Source: an uncultured Arcobacter sp. (lineage in GTDB: Bacteria > Campylobacterota > Campylobacteria > Campylobacterales > Arcobacteraceae). From it: 64,000 bases of DNA. Both the position numbers and the translations under genes were made by a program. Where the stretch lies: positions 1,216,001-1,280,000 of the forward strand of contig OZ223300.1 in NCBI GenBank assembly GCA_965140705.1, in the 5' to 3' direction. Of this stretch, positions 10,236 to 20,131 are shown piece after piece (positions within the stretch are counted from its first letter, which is position 1; every line of letters starts with the position of its first letter). Below the pieces are notes generated by a model. That model was not told where the DNA came from. It ran no database searches and saw only the letters and a list, made by a program, of their open reading frames with translations.

Positions 10236-12149
10236 ATGGCAAAACATCAATTTCAAACAGAAGTTGGACAACTATTACATTTAATGACTCACTCTTTATA
10301 TTCAAATAAAGAGATTTTTATAAGAGAACTTGTGTCAAATGCAAGTGATGCGATTGATAAATTAAATTATTTAAAACTTACAGATGATAAAATCAAAGCA
10401 GCACTTCCAGAAGATTGGTCAGGAGAGATTAATGTTTCTTTTGATGAAGCAGACAAATCTTTAACAATTGTAGATAATGGTATTGGTATGAATGAAGAAG
10501 ATTTAATCGCTTCTATTGGTACTATTGCAAAATCAGGAACAAAATCATTTATTGAAAATTTAACTGGTGATGCTAAAAAAGACTCAAACCTTATTGGTCA
10601 ATTTGGTGTTGGTTTTTATTCTGTATTTATGGTAGCTTCTAAAGTAGATGTTATCACTAGAAAAGCAGGAGAAGAGACTGCTTACAAATGGTCAAGTGAT
10701 GGTACAGGTGAGTTTGACTTAGGTCCTTGTACAAAAGAATCAGTTGGTACAGTTATTTATATCAAACTAAAAGATGAAGAAGCAGAAGAGTTTGCAAGTA
10801 AATATAGAATCGAAAATATTGTTAAAAAATATTCTGATCATATTGCTTATCCTATTTTCTTAAACTATTCAGAAGAAGTAACTGAAGAGTTAAGTGAAGA
10901 AGATAAAAAAGCTGGAAAAGAAGCTAAAAAAACTACTGAAAAAAGACATGATAAAATAAATGCAGCGACAGCTCTTTGGATGCAACCAAAAGCTAAAATC
11001 AAAAAAGAAGAGTATAACGATTTTTATAAATCTATCTCTCATGATTCAACTGACCCTATGCTTACAATGCACACAAGAGTTGAGGGTGTAAATGAATATA
11101 CAACACTATTTTATATCCCTGCAGTTGCACCTATGGATATGTATAGAGCTGATTATCAACCAGGTGTTAAACTTTATGTTAAAAGAGTATTTATCACAGA
11201 TTCTGAGAAAGAATTATTACCAACTTACTTAAGATTTGTAAGAGGTATTATTGATAGTGAAGATTTACCATTAAATGTTTCAAGAGAAATTTTACAAGAA
11301 AATAGAATAATGGCAAATATCAAACAAGGTTCAGTTAAAAAAATCTTAAGTGAAATTAAAAAACTTTCTAAAAATGAAGAAAAGTATGCTGAATTTATAG
11401 CTCAATATAATAGAGCTTTAAAAGAGGGTGCTTATCAAGACTTCACAAATAAAGAGGCTATCTTAGAGTTACTTAGATATAAATCAACAAAAACTGAAGC
11501 TGGTAAAATGACTTCATTAGAAGCATATAAAGAAAGAGCTGATAGTGAACAAAAAGCTATTTATTATATCATTGGTGAAAATGAAAATGTAATGAAAAAC
11601 TCACCATTATTAGAAGCATATAAGAAAAATGATATCGAAGTATTAATTTGTGATGACAAAGAGATTGATGAGATTATCACTCCTGCACTACAAGCTTATA
11701 AAGAGTGGGAATTTAAAGATATTACTTCTTGTGAAGCTCCAAAAGTAGAACAAAGTGAAGAAGAGAAAAAAGAAGTTGAAGAAAAATTTGAATCAATTAC
11801 TAAAAAAATCAAAGATATCTTAGGTGAAGCTGTTAAAGAAGTAAGAGTAACTAATAGATTAAGTGAATCACCATCTTGTGTTACAAAAGATGCAGGTGAC
11901 GCACAAATGGCTCAAATGATGCAAATGATGAGAGCAATGGGACAAGCAATGCCAGAATCTGCTCCAATCTTAGAAATCAATCCAGAGCACGATATAGTTA
12001 AAAAACTAAATGGTTGTCCTGATGATAGCTTAATCGCAGATGTATCATGGGTATTATTAGACCAAGCGAAACTAAGTGAAGGTATGGAAATTACTGATGC
12101 AGTAGCGTTTGCGCAAAGACTAAACAGAATCACAGCAAAAGCTCTTTAA
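10236..12149 (+). CDS. htpG: Chaperone HtpG (Hsp90)
   Basis: YSNKEIFIRELVSNASDA, DNGIGM, IGQFGVGFYS and DSEDLPLNVSRE motifs. Confidence 0.98.
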   Translation: MAKHQFQTEVGQLLHLMTHSLYSNKEIFIRELVSNASDAIDKLNYLKLTDDKIKAALPEDWSGEINVSFDEADKSLTIVDNGIGMNEEDLIASIGTIAKSGTKSFIENLTGDAKKDSNLIGQFGVGFYSVFMVASKVDVITRKAGEETAYKWSSDGTGEFDLGPCTKESVGTVIYIKLKDEEAEEFASKYRIENIVKKYSDHIAYPIFLNYSEEVTEELSEEDKKAGKEAKKTTEKRHDKINAATALWMQPKAKIKKEEYNDFYKSISHDSTDPMLTMHTRVEGVNEYTTLFYIPAVAPMDMYRADYQPGVKLYVKRVFITDSEKELLPTYLRFVRGIIDSEDLPLNVSREILQENRIMANIKQGSVKKILSEIKKLSKNEEKYAEFIAQYNRALKEGAYQDFTNKEAILELLRYKSTKTEAGKMTSLEAYKERADSEQKAIYYIIGENENVMKNSPLLEAYKKNDIEVLICDDKEIDEIITPALQAYKEWEFKDITSCEAPKVEQSEEEKKEVEEKFESITKKIKDILGEAVKEVRVTNRLSESPSCVTKDAGDAQMAQMMQMMRAMGQAMPESAPILEINPEHDIVKKLNGCPDDSLIADVSWVLLDQAKLSEGMEITDAVAFAQRLNRITAKAL

Positions 12150-12272
12150 TAGAGCTATTTGCACGCATCTTCTGCGTTGAAAAGATTTTTTGTCTCAATC
12201 ACCTACTAGTTGTAGGCTCAATCGACAAAAAATCTCTTCGCCTTGAATCTACATACAATTAGCTCTATTAAA
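12145..12272. repeat. About 125-bp imperfect palindrome, ERIC/IRU-like miniature element
   Basis: 13-bp terminal IR TTTAATAGAGCTA/TAGCTCTATTAAA, internal IR AGATTTTTTGTC/GACAAAAAATCT, apical CCTAC/GTAGG. Confidence 0.65.
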
Positions 12273-12549
12273 TAAATTTTTCAGGGTAATACTTTTTATA
12301 TAATTTTATCTCTTCTTCATGACTTGAATTATTAATATTTAATACTTTTATTGATGTATTATTATTTTCTAATATGATGTAATCATCTGAACTTAAATGT
12401 TTAACTTTTTCACATTCATGTTCATTTGTATTATTTAATTTGTAATCAATATCTACTTCTTCAAGTTGTTTATTTCTGATAATTAATTTTTTCATTTTTT
12501 CTAAATTATAATTTTTACTCTTAAAGTTTTCTTCATTACTAATACTCAT
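12268..12549 (-). CDS. Hypothetical protein
   Basis: 93-aa ORF with upstream AAGGA SD; no recognised motif. Confidence 0.55.
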   Translation of the reverse strand: MSISNEENFKSKNYNLEKMKKLIIRNKQLEEVDIDYKLNNTNEHECEKVKHLSSDDYIILENNNTSIKVLNINNSSHEEEIKLYKKYYPEKFI

Positions 12550-12759
12550 TTCTCTTATTTCCTTATTAATTACGCTATAGTATATATATTATAAAAACCT
12601 TTTATTTAATAATATGATTTTATCATTTAATTGAAGAATCTGCTTTATTTCAAAATAAAATTAATCCCTCTTAAAACAAAATTTATCTTTTTTAGTTATA
12701 ATTATTAGTAATGCCTTTAGGTATTACTAATAATTATATGTAATATTAAAGGTAGTCAT

Positions 12760-13503
12760 ATGGACTTTGATTTTATTCTTTCTTTTGCTGTTATTCTTTT
12801 GATTTCTTCTGTTGTTCATGGTGGTATTGGTTTTGGCTTTGGGATGATTTGTACTCCCTTGGTTGCTCTTTTTACTGATATCCAAACTACTATTATGTAT
12901 ATGCTTATTCCTACTATGCTTGTAAATATTGTTAGTATTATGAGTGAGGGGAAGTTTTTTGAGGCTTTGAGGAAGTTTTGGTTTATCATAACTCTTATGG
13001 TGATAGGTAGTTGTATAGGTACAGGTTTGCTTATATTTGCCAACTCTGAGTATTTTAAACTTCTTTTGGCTTTGATTATTTTTGTTTATTTATTTCAATC
13101 TTTGGTTAAAATTGAGGCTACTTTTGTGTCTAAACATCTTAGAGCTTCAACTTATGGTTTAGGTATTTTTGGTGGTATTTTATCAGGTCTTACAAATATT
13201 GTAGCTCCTTTGATGATAATGTATAGCTTAGAGATGAAATATTCAAAAAAAGATACTATTCAGTTATCAAACTTGTGTTTTCTTTTTACAAAAATGGGAC
13301 AAATGGGTGTATTTTTGTATTATGGTGCTTTTACTTTTGAATCTTTTAAAGTATCAATGCTGAGTTTGATTATAGTTGCTCTAGGTCTATTTTTTGGTAT
13401 AAAGTTGAAAAAGAAAATCGATGCAAAGTTTTATGCAAAGATATTAAAAGTTTTACTATTTATTATAGCTACTATTTTAGTAGTTGAAACGGTTGGTCAT
13501 TAA
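12760..13503 (+). CDS. TauE/SafE (TSUP) family exporter
   Basis: Highly hydrophobic, GGIGFGFG..P and GILSG repeats; 247 aa. Confidence 0.8.
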   Translation: MDFDFILSFAVILLISSVVHGGIGFGFGMICTPLVALFTDIQTTIMYMLIPTMLVNIVSIMSEGKFFEALRKFWFIITLMVIGSCIGTGLLIFANSEYFKLLLALIIFVYLFQSLVKIEATFVSKHLRASTYGLGIFGGILSGLTNIVAPLMIMYSLEMKYSKKDTIQLSNLCFLFTKMGQMGVFLYYGAFTFESFKVSMLSLIIVALGLFFGIKLKKKIDAKFYAKILKVLLFIIATILVVETVGH

Positions 13504-13504
13504 T

Positions 13505-14326
13505 ATGGATTCAAATTTATTAAAAGTATTTATCGCTGTTGCAAATACAAAGAGTATATCTTTGGGTGCAAAAGAGCTTAATTTTACACAATCAAATGTA
13601 ACTCTTAGAATAAAACAACTTGAAAAAAGTTTGGGCTATGAACTCTTTCATAGGACAAATAGGGGAGTTGTTTTAACGCTAGCTGGTGAGAAGCTTTATC
13701 CTTATGCTGTGGATATTGTAAAGAAAGTTGAAGAAGCTAGTTTAAAGATGAAAAATGTAGATTATCAAAAGCTTTTAAAAGTAGGCTCAACACAATCAAA
13801 TAGTACTATTAGGCTTACAAAGTTTATAGAAAATATAAATAGAGACTTCAAAGATATGAAACTAGACTTTGTAGTTGATAGTAGTTTAAATCTAATAGAA
13901 CAACTGCTTAATTATAAACTTGATATTGCCTTTGTAAATGGAAACCCAAATCATAAAGACATAGAAGTTTTAAATATATTCAAAGAGGATATTGTCTTAG
14001 TTGAACCAAAGGACAAAATAGCAGAAGATACTATTTTTGCATATAAAAATGGCTGCTTAAATCGTATATTTTTGGAAGAATATTTAAATAATGAAAAAGG
14101 AAATATATACAAAAAAGTAAATCTAGAAAACTATGAGTTAATACTTGCTTGTGTAAAAGCAGGATATGGAGTAGCTCTATTTTCAAGAGAGATTATCGAA
14201 AAGTTTGGTTATACAGAAAAATTAAAAATTACACAGATGGATTTTAACTTGGATACTTACTTGATATGTAGAAAAGATTTTATTCCTATGATTGAAAATT
14301 ATTTAAGAGCTATAAAATTGATATAA
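13505..14326 (+). CDS. LysR-family transcriptional regulator
   Basis: HTH AKELNFTQSNVTLRIKQLE...LFHRTNRGVVLT; ATG 13505 preferred. Confidence 0.93.
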   Translation: MDSNLLKVFIAVANTKSISLGAKELNFTQSNVTLRIKQLEKSLGYELFHRTNRGVVLTLAGEKLYPYAVDIVKKVEEASLKMKNVDYQKLLKVGSTQSNSTIRLTKFIENINRDFKDMKLDFVVDSSLNLIEQLLNYKLDIAFVNGNPNHKDIEVLNIFKEDIVLVEPKDKIAEDTIFAYKNGCLNRIFLEEYLNNEKGNIYKKVNLENYELILACVKAGYGVALFSREIIEKFGYTEKLKITQMDFNLDTYLICRKDFIPMIENYLRAIKLI

Positions 14327-14392
14327 AAACTATTTTACTTATAAGAAATTAAGCTTATTTTGTTATATTCATTTTTTTTAAAAAGGATAAAA

Positions 14393-14872
14393 ATGTCAAT
14401 AACAATAAGAGATGCCGTTGCATCTGATTCACAAACTATTTTAGATTTTATTATTGAACTTGCTGTTTATGAAAAAGCAGAACATGAAGTTAAAACAAAT
14501 GTTGAGGAGACAAGAGAAGCTATTTTTGGAAAAAACTCTACAGTAAAAGCTTTGATTTGTGAAGAAGATGGAGTAGCTATTGGTTATGCTGTTTATTTTT
14601 ACAATTACTCAACTTGGCTTGGGAAAAATGGTATTTATCTTGAAGATTTATATGTATCTCAAAGTAAAAGAGGAAATGGTGCAGGAAAAACTATATTAAA
14701 ATATCTTGCTAAAAAAGCTTTAGCTGAAAACTGTGGACGATTTGAATGGTCTTGTTTAGATTGGAATACTCCTTCAAGAGAGTTTTATGAAAGCCTTGGT
14801 GCTGTTGCTCAAACTGAGTGGGTAGGGTATAGACTTGAAGGTGAGACTTTAAATAATTTTGCCAATAGTTAA
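14393..14872 (+). CDS. GNAT acetyltransferase (SSAT/diamine acetyltransferase-like)
   Basis: ELAVYEK, YSTWLGKNGIYLEDLYV, RGNGAG and LDWN motifs; ATG 14393 after AAGGA. Confidence 0.88.
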   Translation: MSITIRDAVASDSQTILDFIIELAVYEKAEHEVKTNVEETREAIFGKNSTVKALICEEDGVAIGYAVYFYNYSTWLGKNGIYLEDLYVSQSKRGNGAGKTILKYLAKKALAENCGRFEWSCLDWNTPSREFYESLGAVAQTEWVGYRLEGETLNNFANS

Positions 14873-14877
14873 CAATT

Positions 14878-14899
14878 GATGCCATAATTTTATGGCATC
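14878..14899. terminator. Bidirectional terminator
   Basis: GATGCCATAA-tt-TTATGGCATC followed by a T-run, between convergent genes. Confidence 0.7.
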
Positions 14900-14903
14900 A
14901 TTT

Positions 14904-15776
14904 TTATTTATTTTTTAACTCTATTGTACAAGTTGTACCTGCTCTTAAGGTATATCCTTTTGGCACTTCATCTATAGCTATTCTTACAGGTATTCTTTGT
15001 GCTAGTCTAACCCATGTAAATGATGGATTTACATTTGCTAATAATCCTTTTCCAATTTTATTATCTCTATCTGTAATTCCAGTTGCTATACTTTGAACAT
15101 GTCCTTTTATTGTAAGGTCAGTTCCAAGTGGATTCATGAATGCTTTATCACCTATTTTTATTTTTGTAAGTTTATGTTCTTCAAAATAACCATAAACCCA
15201 AAAGCTGTTTTCATTTAACATAGAGATATGACTTTGACCTTTTTGAATAAAATCACCTTTTTTTAGAAGTAAGTTATTTATCCAACCACTTGTAGGTGCA
15301 TAGACGGTAGCTCTTTGTAAATCAAGTTTTGTAATGTCTAGTTTTGAAAGGGCTTCATTTAACTCCTCTTTTGCCATAAGTAAATTATATTTTGCATCAT
15401 CTTTTACATCTTTTGGAATAATACTATCATCACCTTTTATTCTCTTATCATATTCTGCTTTTTTCATAAGATAGTTTGCTTTTTTTATTTGAACAATTGA
15501 TTGGGCTCTTTGTAAGTTTGCTTCAAATCTTTTTTTATCTATTTCAAATAGTTTGTCATCTTTTTTTACATATTGATTATCTTTTACATATACTTTTGAA
15601 ATCATTCCTGATACATCAGGCGCTATTAGTGTAATATCTGCTCTTACTCTTCCATCTCTTGTCCATGGAGAGTCAACATAGTTCTGCCACAACTTCATTC
15701 CTAAAACAATTGCTATAGTAACTACGCTAAATGTTATAATATATCTTAAAAGTTGTACAATTTTATTTTTTTGCAT
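14904..15776 (-). CDS. HlyD/AaeA-type membrane fusion protein
   Basis: PWTRDGRVRA, APDVSG and FTWVRLAQRIPVRI motifs. Confidence 0.92.
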   Translation of the reverse strand: MQKNKIVQLLRYIITFSVVTIAIVLGMKLWQNYVDSPWTRDGRVRADITLIAPDVSGMISKVYVKDNQYVKKDDKLFEIDKKRFEANLQRAQSIVQIKKANYLMKKAEYDKRIKGDDSIIPKDVKDDAKYNLLMAKEELNEALSKLDITKLDLQRATVYAPTSGWINNLLLKKGDFIQKGQSHISMLNENSFWVYGYFEEHKLTKIKIGDKAFMNPLGTDLTIKGHVQSIATGITDRDNKIGKGLLANVNPSFTWVRLAQRIPVRIAIDEVPKGYTLRAGTTCTIELKNK

Positions 15777-15784
15777 ATAAATCC

Positions 15785-15985
15785 TTATTTATAAATTAGT
15801 AATGAAAAACTTGTGAATACACATACGAAAAGTGCTGTTCTAAATAATCCTGGATGCCAGACAAACTCATAAACTCCTAAGTCGGCTAAAACCTTATTTA
15901 GTAATACTTGGATTAGTCCTGCACATAAAAATATTACTATTAGTGCTGGAATTTGAATACCTAAAAACGATACGATTAAATTCAT
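15785..15985 (-). CDS. DUF1656/AaeX-like small membrane protein
   Basis: VWHPGLF motif; lies between the FUSC and MFP genes. Confidence 0.8.
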   Translation of the reverse strand: MNLIVSFLGIQIPALIVIFLCAGLIQVLLNKVLADLGVYEFVWHPGLFRTALFVCVFTSFSLLIYK

Positions 15986-18081
15986 ATAGTTTCTCCTTTT
16001 ATTGGTAAAAACTCTTTTTTCTTCATAAGTGAGTATATAATTGAAAAGTCCAAATATATATCTTTTAAAAGTTTTTGGTCATTTGCTGATCGTAAATGAA
16101 CTTGTTCAAACTCATTTATTAGTTCTTTTATTTTTTTCATCTGATTTTCTTTATTGTTTTTATCTTTTAAATCAAAATACTTTCTAATTAAGATAAGTAT
16201 TTTATTTATCTCTTGTGGTTTTGGTTTTGTAAAAAGTGTCGCATTTTTTCTTATATTTATAATGGCTTTTCCAATTTCAAGTATTAAAAGTACCCATCTA
16301 AATATTTTGTTATTTGATTTGTTATCAAGTCTTCCTATTGCTGAGTATCTTTGTATTAAATCAAAACTTGCACTTTCAAGTCTCACTCTTTGCAGAGCAA
16401 GTTTATCTTTAGTTGTTATCTCAATTTGTTTTGATAAGGCTTTTTTTACCCTTGATTCAATCCAAATATTTGATGTAAAATTGATAAGTACAAAACTAAG
16501 ACCTGAAAATAATAGACCAATAACAGTAGCTATATTCATATCCATAAAAGTATCAAAACTCATGTTATATTGTGTGTGAATAGCACAAGTTGTAATAAAT
16601 ATAAGTAAAAAACCAAATCCAATCAAGTTTTTACCTGGCAATATCATAAAAAGTGAGATTCCAGCTAAAACAGGAGTTAAAAATAGACACAAGGTAAATA
16701 AATCACTTACATACATGGGAATGATATAAAAGTTATATATAGGAGTTATAATAAAACCTACAGCTGCACCTTTTAAGAAGTTCTTAGTTGCTCCCACTGG
16801 ATTTGGGGCAGTACTTAAAAGTAGAGTATTAGCAGTTGCTGGTAGCACTGCTAAAGAACCATATTCCCAACCTGAGATTATCCAGACAGTTATAACAACA
16901 ATTAGGGTTATTGATGCTCTTAGAATCATAAGTGAAATAAGTACATTATCACTATAAGTGGAAAACTTTAAATTTTCAGCAAATTTTTCTAGTCTTTTTA
17001 TTTTGTCACTATTTGTTGTAAATCCATAATAAGTATTACAATAATCATAAATCTCAGATTCTAATCTAAGAAAAAGAGAAGTAATAGTGTTAAAATCATG
17101 AATCAAATCAAAATCATCTAAGTTAAGACTTTTCTTTTCCTCTTCAATTTTTATTTTTGTAATACCTTTTACTTTTTTTAGTTCATTTATTAAAGCAGGC
17201 AAATTATTGCTATTTGAATAGTTTGATAAACATTTTTCAAAATCTATATAAATTTTTTTAAGTGAGTTAATAAACTCACTATTATCTTTATTATTATTTA
17301 GTGTATTTCTAAGTGAAAAAAATGTGGTATTTATGTGCATAAATTGAGAATTTAATCTCTTATAATATAACTTATCAGTTTTTTTCATATTTGTTTCAAA
17401 AGAGCTATTTACTCTTAGGGCATCAGAACCTAAAATATCACGTGCATAGTTTATATTTTCATTTTCAAAATCAAATAGATTTTCACTTTTGCTAAGTGAA
17501 GTAATCAAAAGGTTAAATTTATTTTGCTCCCCTTTTAAAAGTGTATTTGATAGCTTTTGAGGAAAGAGTATCTCACTTACAAAACTTGCACATAAAAGAC
17601 CAATTACTACTTCTGATAATCTATCTATTCCATATGTAAATACATTTAAAGGATTTTCAATCGTAGGCATTGCAACTAAGGCAATAGTATATCCTGTTAG
17701 TACAAACCCATAAGACATAAAGTTTCTTGACATAAAACTAATCACTGAACAAAGTCCAACCCACAGGGCAAAAAACAGAGTAAATGATACTCTATCTTGC
17801 GCATATGCTCCAACTAAAATAATTGCCATTATTGTCCCAATTACAGTCCCTACAAATCTATAATAACTTTTTGAAAACACAAGTCCACTAAAGGGTTGCA
17901 TTACAATAAATACAGTAAATACTGAAGTTTGTGGCATGGCTAAATTAAAATACATACAAATACACAAGGCTAGAAGTGCAGCAATAGTTGATTTTATTAT
18001 ATATTTAAAGATGGGTAAGTCTTTACTTATCCATTCATCTATGGCTAAAGATATATTTTGTTTACTTGCTACTAAGTACAT
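15982..18081 (-). CDS. FUSC/AaeB-family efflux inner-membrane protein
   Basis: TVFIVMQP.SG, SYGFVLTGYT and duplicated TM bundles; ATG 18081 preferred. Confidence 0.88.
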   Translation of the reverse strand: MYLVASKQNISLAIDEWISKDLPIFKYIIKSTIAALLALCICMYFNLAMPQTSVFTVFIVMQPFSGLVFSKSYYRFVGTVIGTIMAIILVGAYAQDRVSFTLFFALWVGLCSVISFMSRNFMSYGFVLTGYTIALVAMPTIENPLNVFTYGIDRLSEVVIGLLCASFVSEILFPQKLSNTLLKGEQNKFNLLITSLSKSENLFDFENENINYARDILGSDALRVNSSFETNMKKTDKLYYKRLNSQFMHINTTFFSLRNTLNNNKDNSEFINSLKKIYIDFEKCLSNYSNSNNLPALINELKKVKGITKIKIEEEKKSLNLDDFDLIHDFNTITSLFLRLESEIYDYCNTYYGFTTNSDKIKRLEKFAENLKFSTYSDNVLISLMILRASITLIVVITVWIISGWEYGSLAVLPATANTLLLSTAPNPVGATKNFLKGAAVGFIITPIYNFYIIPMYVSDLFTLCLFLTPVLAGISLFMILPGKNLIGFGFLLIFITTCAIHTQYNMSFDTFMDMNIATVIGLLFSGLSFVLINFTSNIWIESRVKKALSKQIEITTKDKLALQRVRLESASFDLIQRYSAIGRLDNKSNNKIFRWVLLILEIGKAIINIRKNATLFTKPKPQEINKILILIRKYFDLKDKNNKENQMKKIKELINEFEQVHLRSANDQKLLKDIYLDFSIIYSLMKKKEFLPIKGETI

Positions 18082-19495
18082 CTTTTGCCTTATTTTTATA
18101 TCCACCACCTAAAGCTTCAATTAAATCAATATGAAGTTGAAACCTCTTGTCTTGTAGTGAGATTTCTTTTATTTTTTCTTCTTCAAATTCTATGTTTTTA
18201 TTTATAAAATCGATTTTATTTTTTATACCTAATTCATAAACTCTTTTTTCGATATTTTTGTTTTTGTTTTTATTAGAAATAACTATTTTCTCAGATTTTT
18301 CTTGGGAATTATTTAATTGTATTTTCTTTAATGTTGTAACTATATTATTTACAGCTTTTATTATTGTCTCATTGTATACGTATACTTGGGCATTATAATC
18401 ATTTACTTTCGTATTTAGGTTTGATTCTCTTCTTTCTGCATCGAAAATTGGTAGTGAGAAGGCAACACCAGCTTCTGGATCAAAAGAAGATTCTTTAAGC
18501 AATTGAGAAAATGGAAATGATGTAAAATGTAATAAACCAGTTAAACTAATATTTGGATAAAACTTTGACTTTGCGTTTTCTATATATTGTTTTTTGCTTG
18601 CCAAAAGATATTTTTGAACAGCTACTTCTGGTAAGTGAGAAACTACATTTAAATGAATATCTTTGGGTATAGAAATTTTATATTCATTTGAAATAGAAGG
18701 GTTTTCTAACTTATTTATTTGTGATGGTAAAAGTCCTGCAATAACTGCAATAGAGTTTTTTATATTTTCAATCTCTTCTTTTACACTTAAAATATCTTGA
18801 TTGATTTTTTCGATTAAGTAGTTACTTTCATTTACTTTTTCTTTATTTGATAATCCTATATTATACAAATCATTTAAAATGTGATGCTTTTCATAAACCA
18901 ATTTTTTTAAAGTAGAGAGTTTTTTCAATTTTTCAATTTTAAAATTCCAAGAGATATAAAGCTTACTAATAGAAGTAGAAATCGCCAATTGTTTTACTTT
19001 TATCAACGCATCTTGAGCTAAGGCTTCATTTTTTGAAGCTTTGATTAATGAAGCTCTTTGATTCCAAAAATCAAAATCGTATTGTAATTTTAAACCTGTT
19101 TGGTAAAGATTGTAATAGTTTCCACCTAATGGTTCTGGGAAAATATAATTTTCACTAAATCTTTGTCTAGTAGCTTGGGATTCAAAATTTACATTTGGTA
19201 AATTTGAAGATTTTTTAGCTTTAATTATATTGTTTGCTTTTTGATATTTTGCTTCTAATTGTTTTAAACTTGGAGCATCTTTTATTGCATTTTCTATTAA
19301 AATATTTAGTTGTTTATCATCAAAATCTCTCCACCAAGAATTTTTTAGTTCTATATCATTACTTGAAAATTTATTTAAATCTTTAATTAGTTCATTATCT
19401 ATTTTTGTATCTTTTATAGTCTTTGATGTGCTTACTTTGGGAACACATCCTGAAAATAGAATAGTTAATGAAATTAGAAATAGTATTATTCTCAT
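18062..19495 (-). CDS. Outer-membrane efflux lipoprotein (NodT/OprM family)
   Basis: Lipobox LFSGC, WWRDFDD, FYPNISL and C-terminal ALGGGY. Confidence 0.9.
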   Translation of the reverse strand: MRIILFLISLTILFSGCVPKVSTSKTIKDTKIDNELIKDLNKFSSNDIELKNSWWRDFDDKQLNILIENAIKDAPSLKQLEAKYQKANNIIKAKKSSNLPNVNFESQATRQRFSENYIFPEPLGGNYYNLYQTGLKLQYDFDFWNQRASLIKASKNEALAQDALIKVKQLAISTSISKLYISWNFKIEKLKKLSTLKKLVYEKHHILNDLYNIGLSNKEKVNESNYLIEKINQDILSVKEEIENIKNSIAVIAGLLPSQINKLENPSISNEYKISIPKDIHLNVVSHLPEVAVQKYLLASKKQYIENAKSKFYPNISLTGLLHFTSFPFSQLLKESSFDPEAGVAFSLPIFDAERRESNLNTKVNDYNAQVYVYNETIIKAVNNIVTTLKKIQLNNSQEKSEKIVISNKNKNKNIEKRVYELGIKNKIDFINKNIEFEEEKIKEISLQDKRFQLHIDLIEALGGGYKNKAKDVLSSK

Positions 19496-19499
19496 ATTT

Positions 19500-19928
19500 T
19501 TATGACTTTAAATTTGAATGTATATTTTTTAATATTTGAATTAATTGCTCTTCTGTCTCTTTATCTACACCTTTTAGAGCTTCTTCTTCAACTTTTCTGC
19601 TTGCATCTTTTAGGATTTGTTCTAATTTCTTACCTTCATTAGTTATGCAAACCAAATATGCTCTTCTATCATTCTTTTTAGCTCTTCTCTCTACCATTCC
19701 TTTTTTTTCAAGTCTATCTATTAGAAGAGTTAAACTTGATTGTTTAAAGTAAGTATCTTTTGCTAATTCTTTTTGAGTTAAATTATCTTTTTCACAAAGT
19801 CTTCTTATAATAATACTCTCAGCAGGAGAAACACAATATTCTTGTAAGTCTTTTTCTAAACGATTTTTTAGTAAATTTCGTATATTGGCTATTAATACAC
19901 CAAATGCATTATCTATTTCAAACGACAT
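19500..19928 (-). CDS. MarR-family regulator
   Basis: LTQKELA...IDRLEKKGMVER...DRRAYLVCIT. Confidence 0.92.
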   Translation of the reverse strand: MSFEIDNAFGVLIANIRNLLKNRLEKDLQEYCVSPAESIIIRRLCEKDNLTQKELAKDTYFKQSSLTLLIDRLEKKGMVERRAKKNDRRAYLVCITNEGKKLEQILKDASRKVEEEALKGVDKETEEQLIQILKNIHSNLKS

Positions 19929-19969
19929 ATTTATTCCTTAAAATTTGGGTGATTTTAAATGTTATGTAG

Positions 19970-19995
19970 TTAATAGTTAATATGTTAACTATTAA
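19970..19995. promoter_or_regulatory. Probable MarR operator
   Basis: Perfect IR TTAATAGTTAA-tatg-TTAACTATTAA about 40 bp upstream of marR. Confidence 0.6.
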
Positions 19996-20131
19996 TTTGT
20001 TAATGGAATTCTATTCTAATTAACTTAAAACGGTATAAAAATTTTTACCTAGTTTACTAAAATCCCAATTTGTAGGGCTAAATTTAATTTTAAATTGTTA
20101 TAATCTTCTGATTTTATTATATGGAGTAAAC

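Noticed and set aside
12145..12272. CRISPR repeat or autonomous IS
   Set aside because: A single palindrome with no repeat-spacer periodicity, no cas genes and no transposase in the window.
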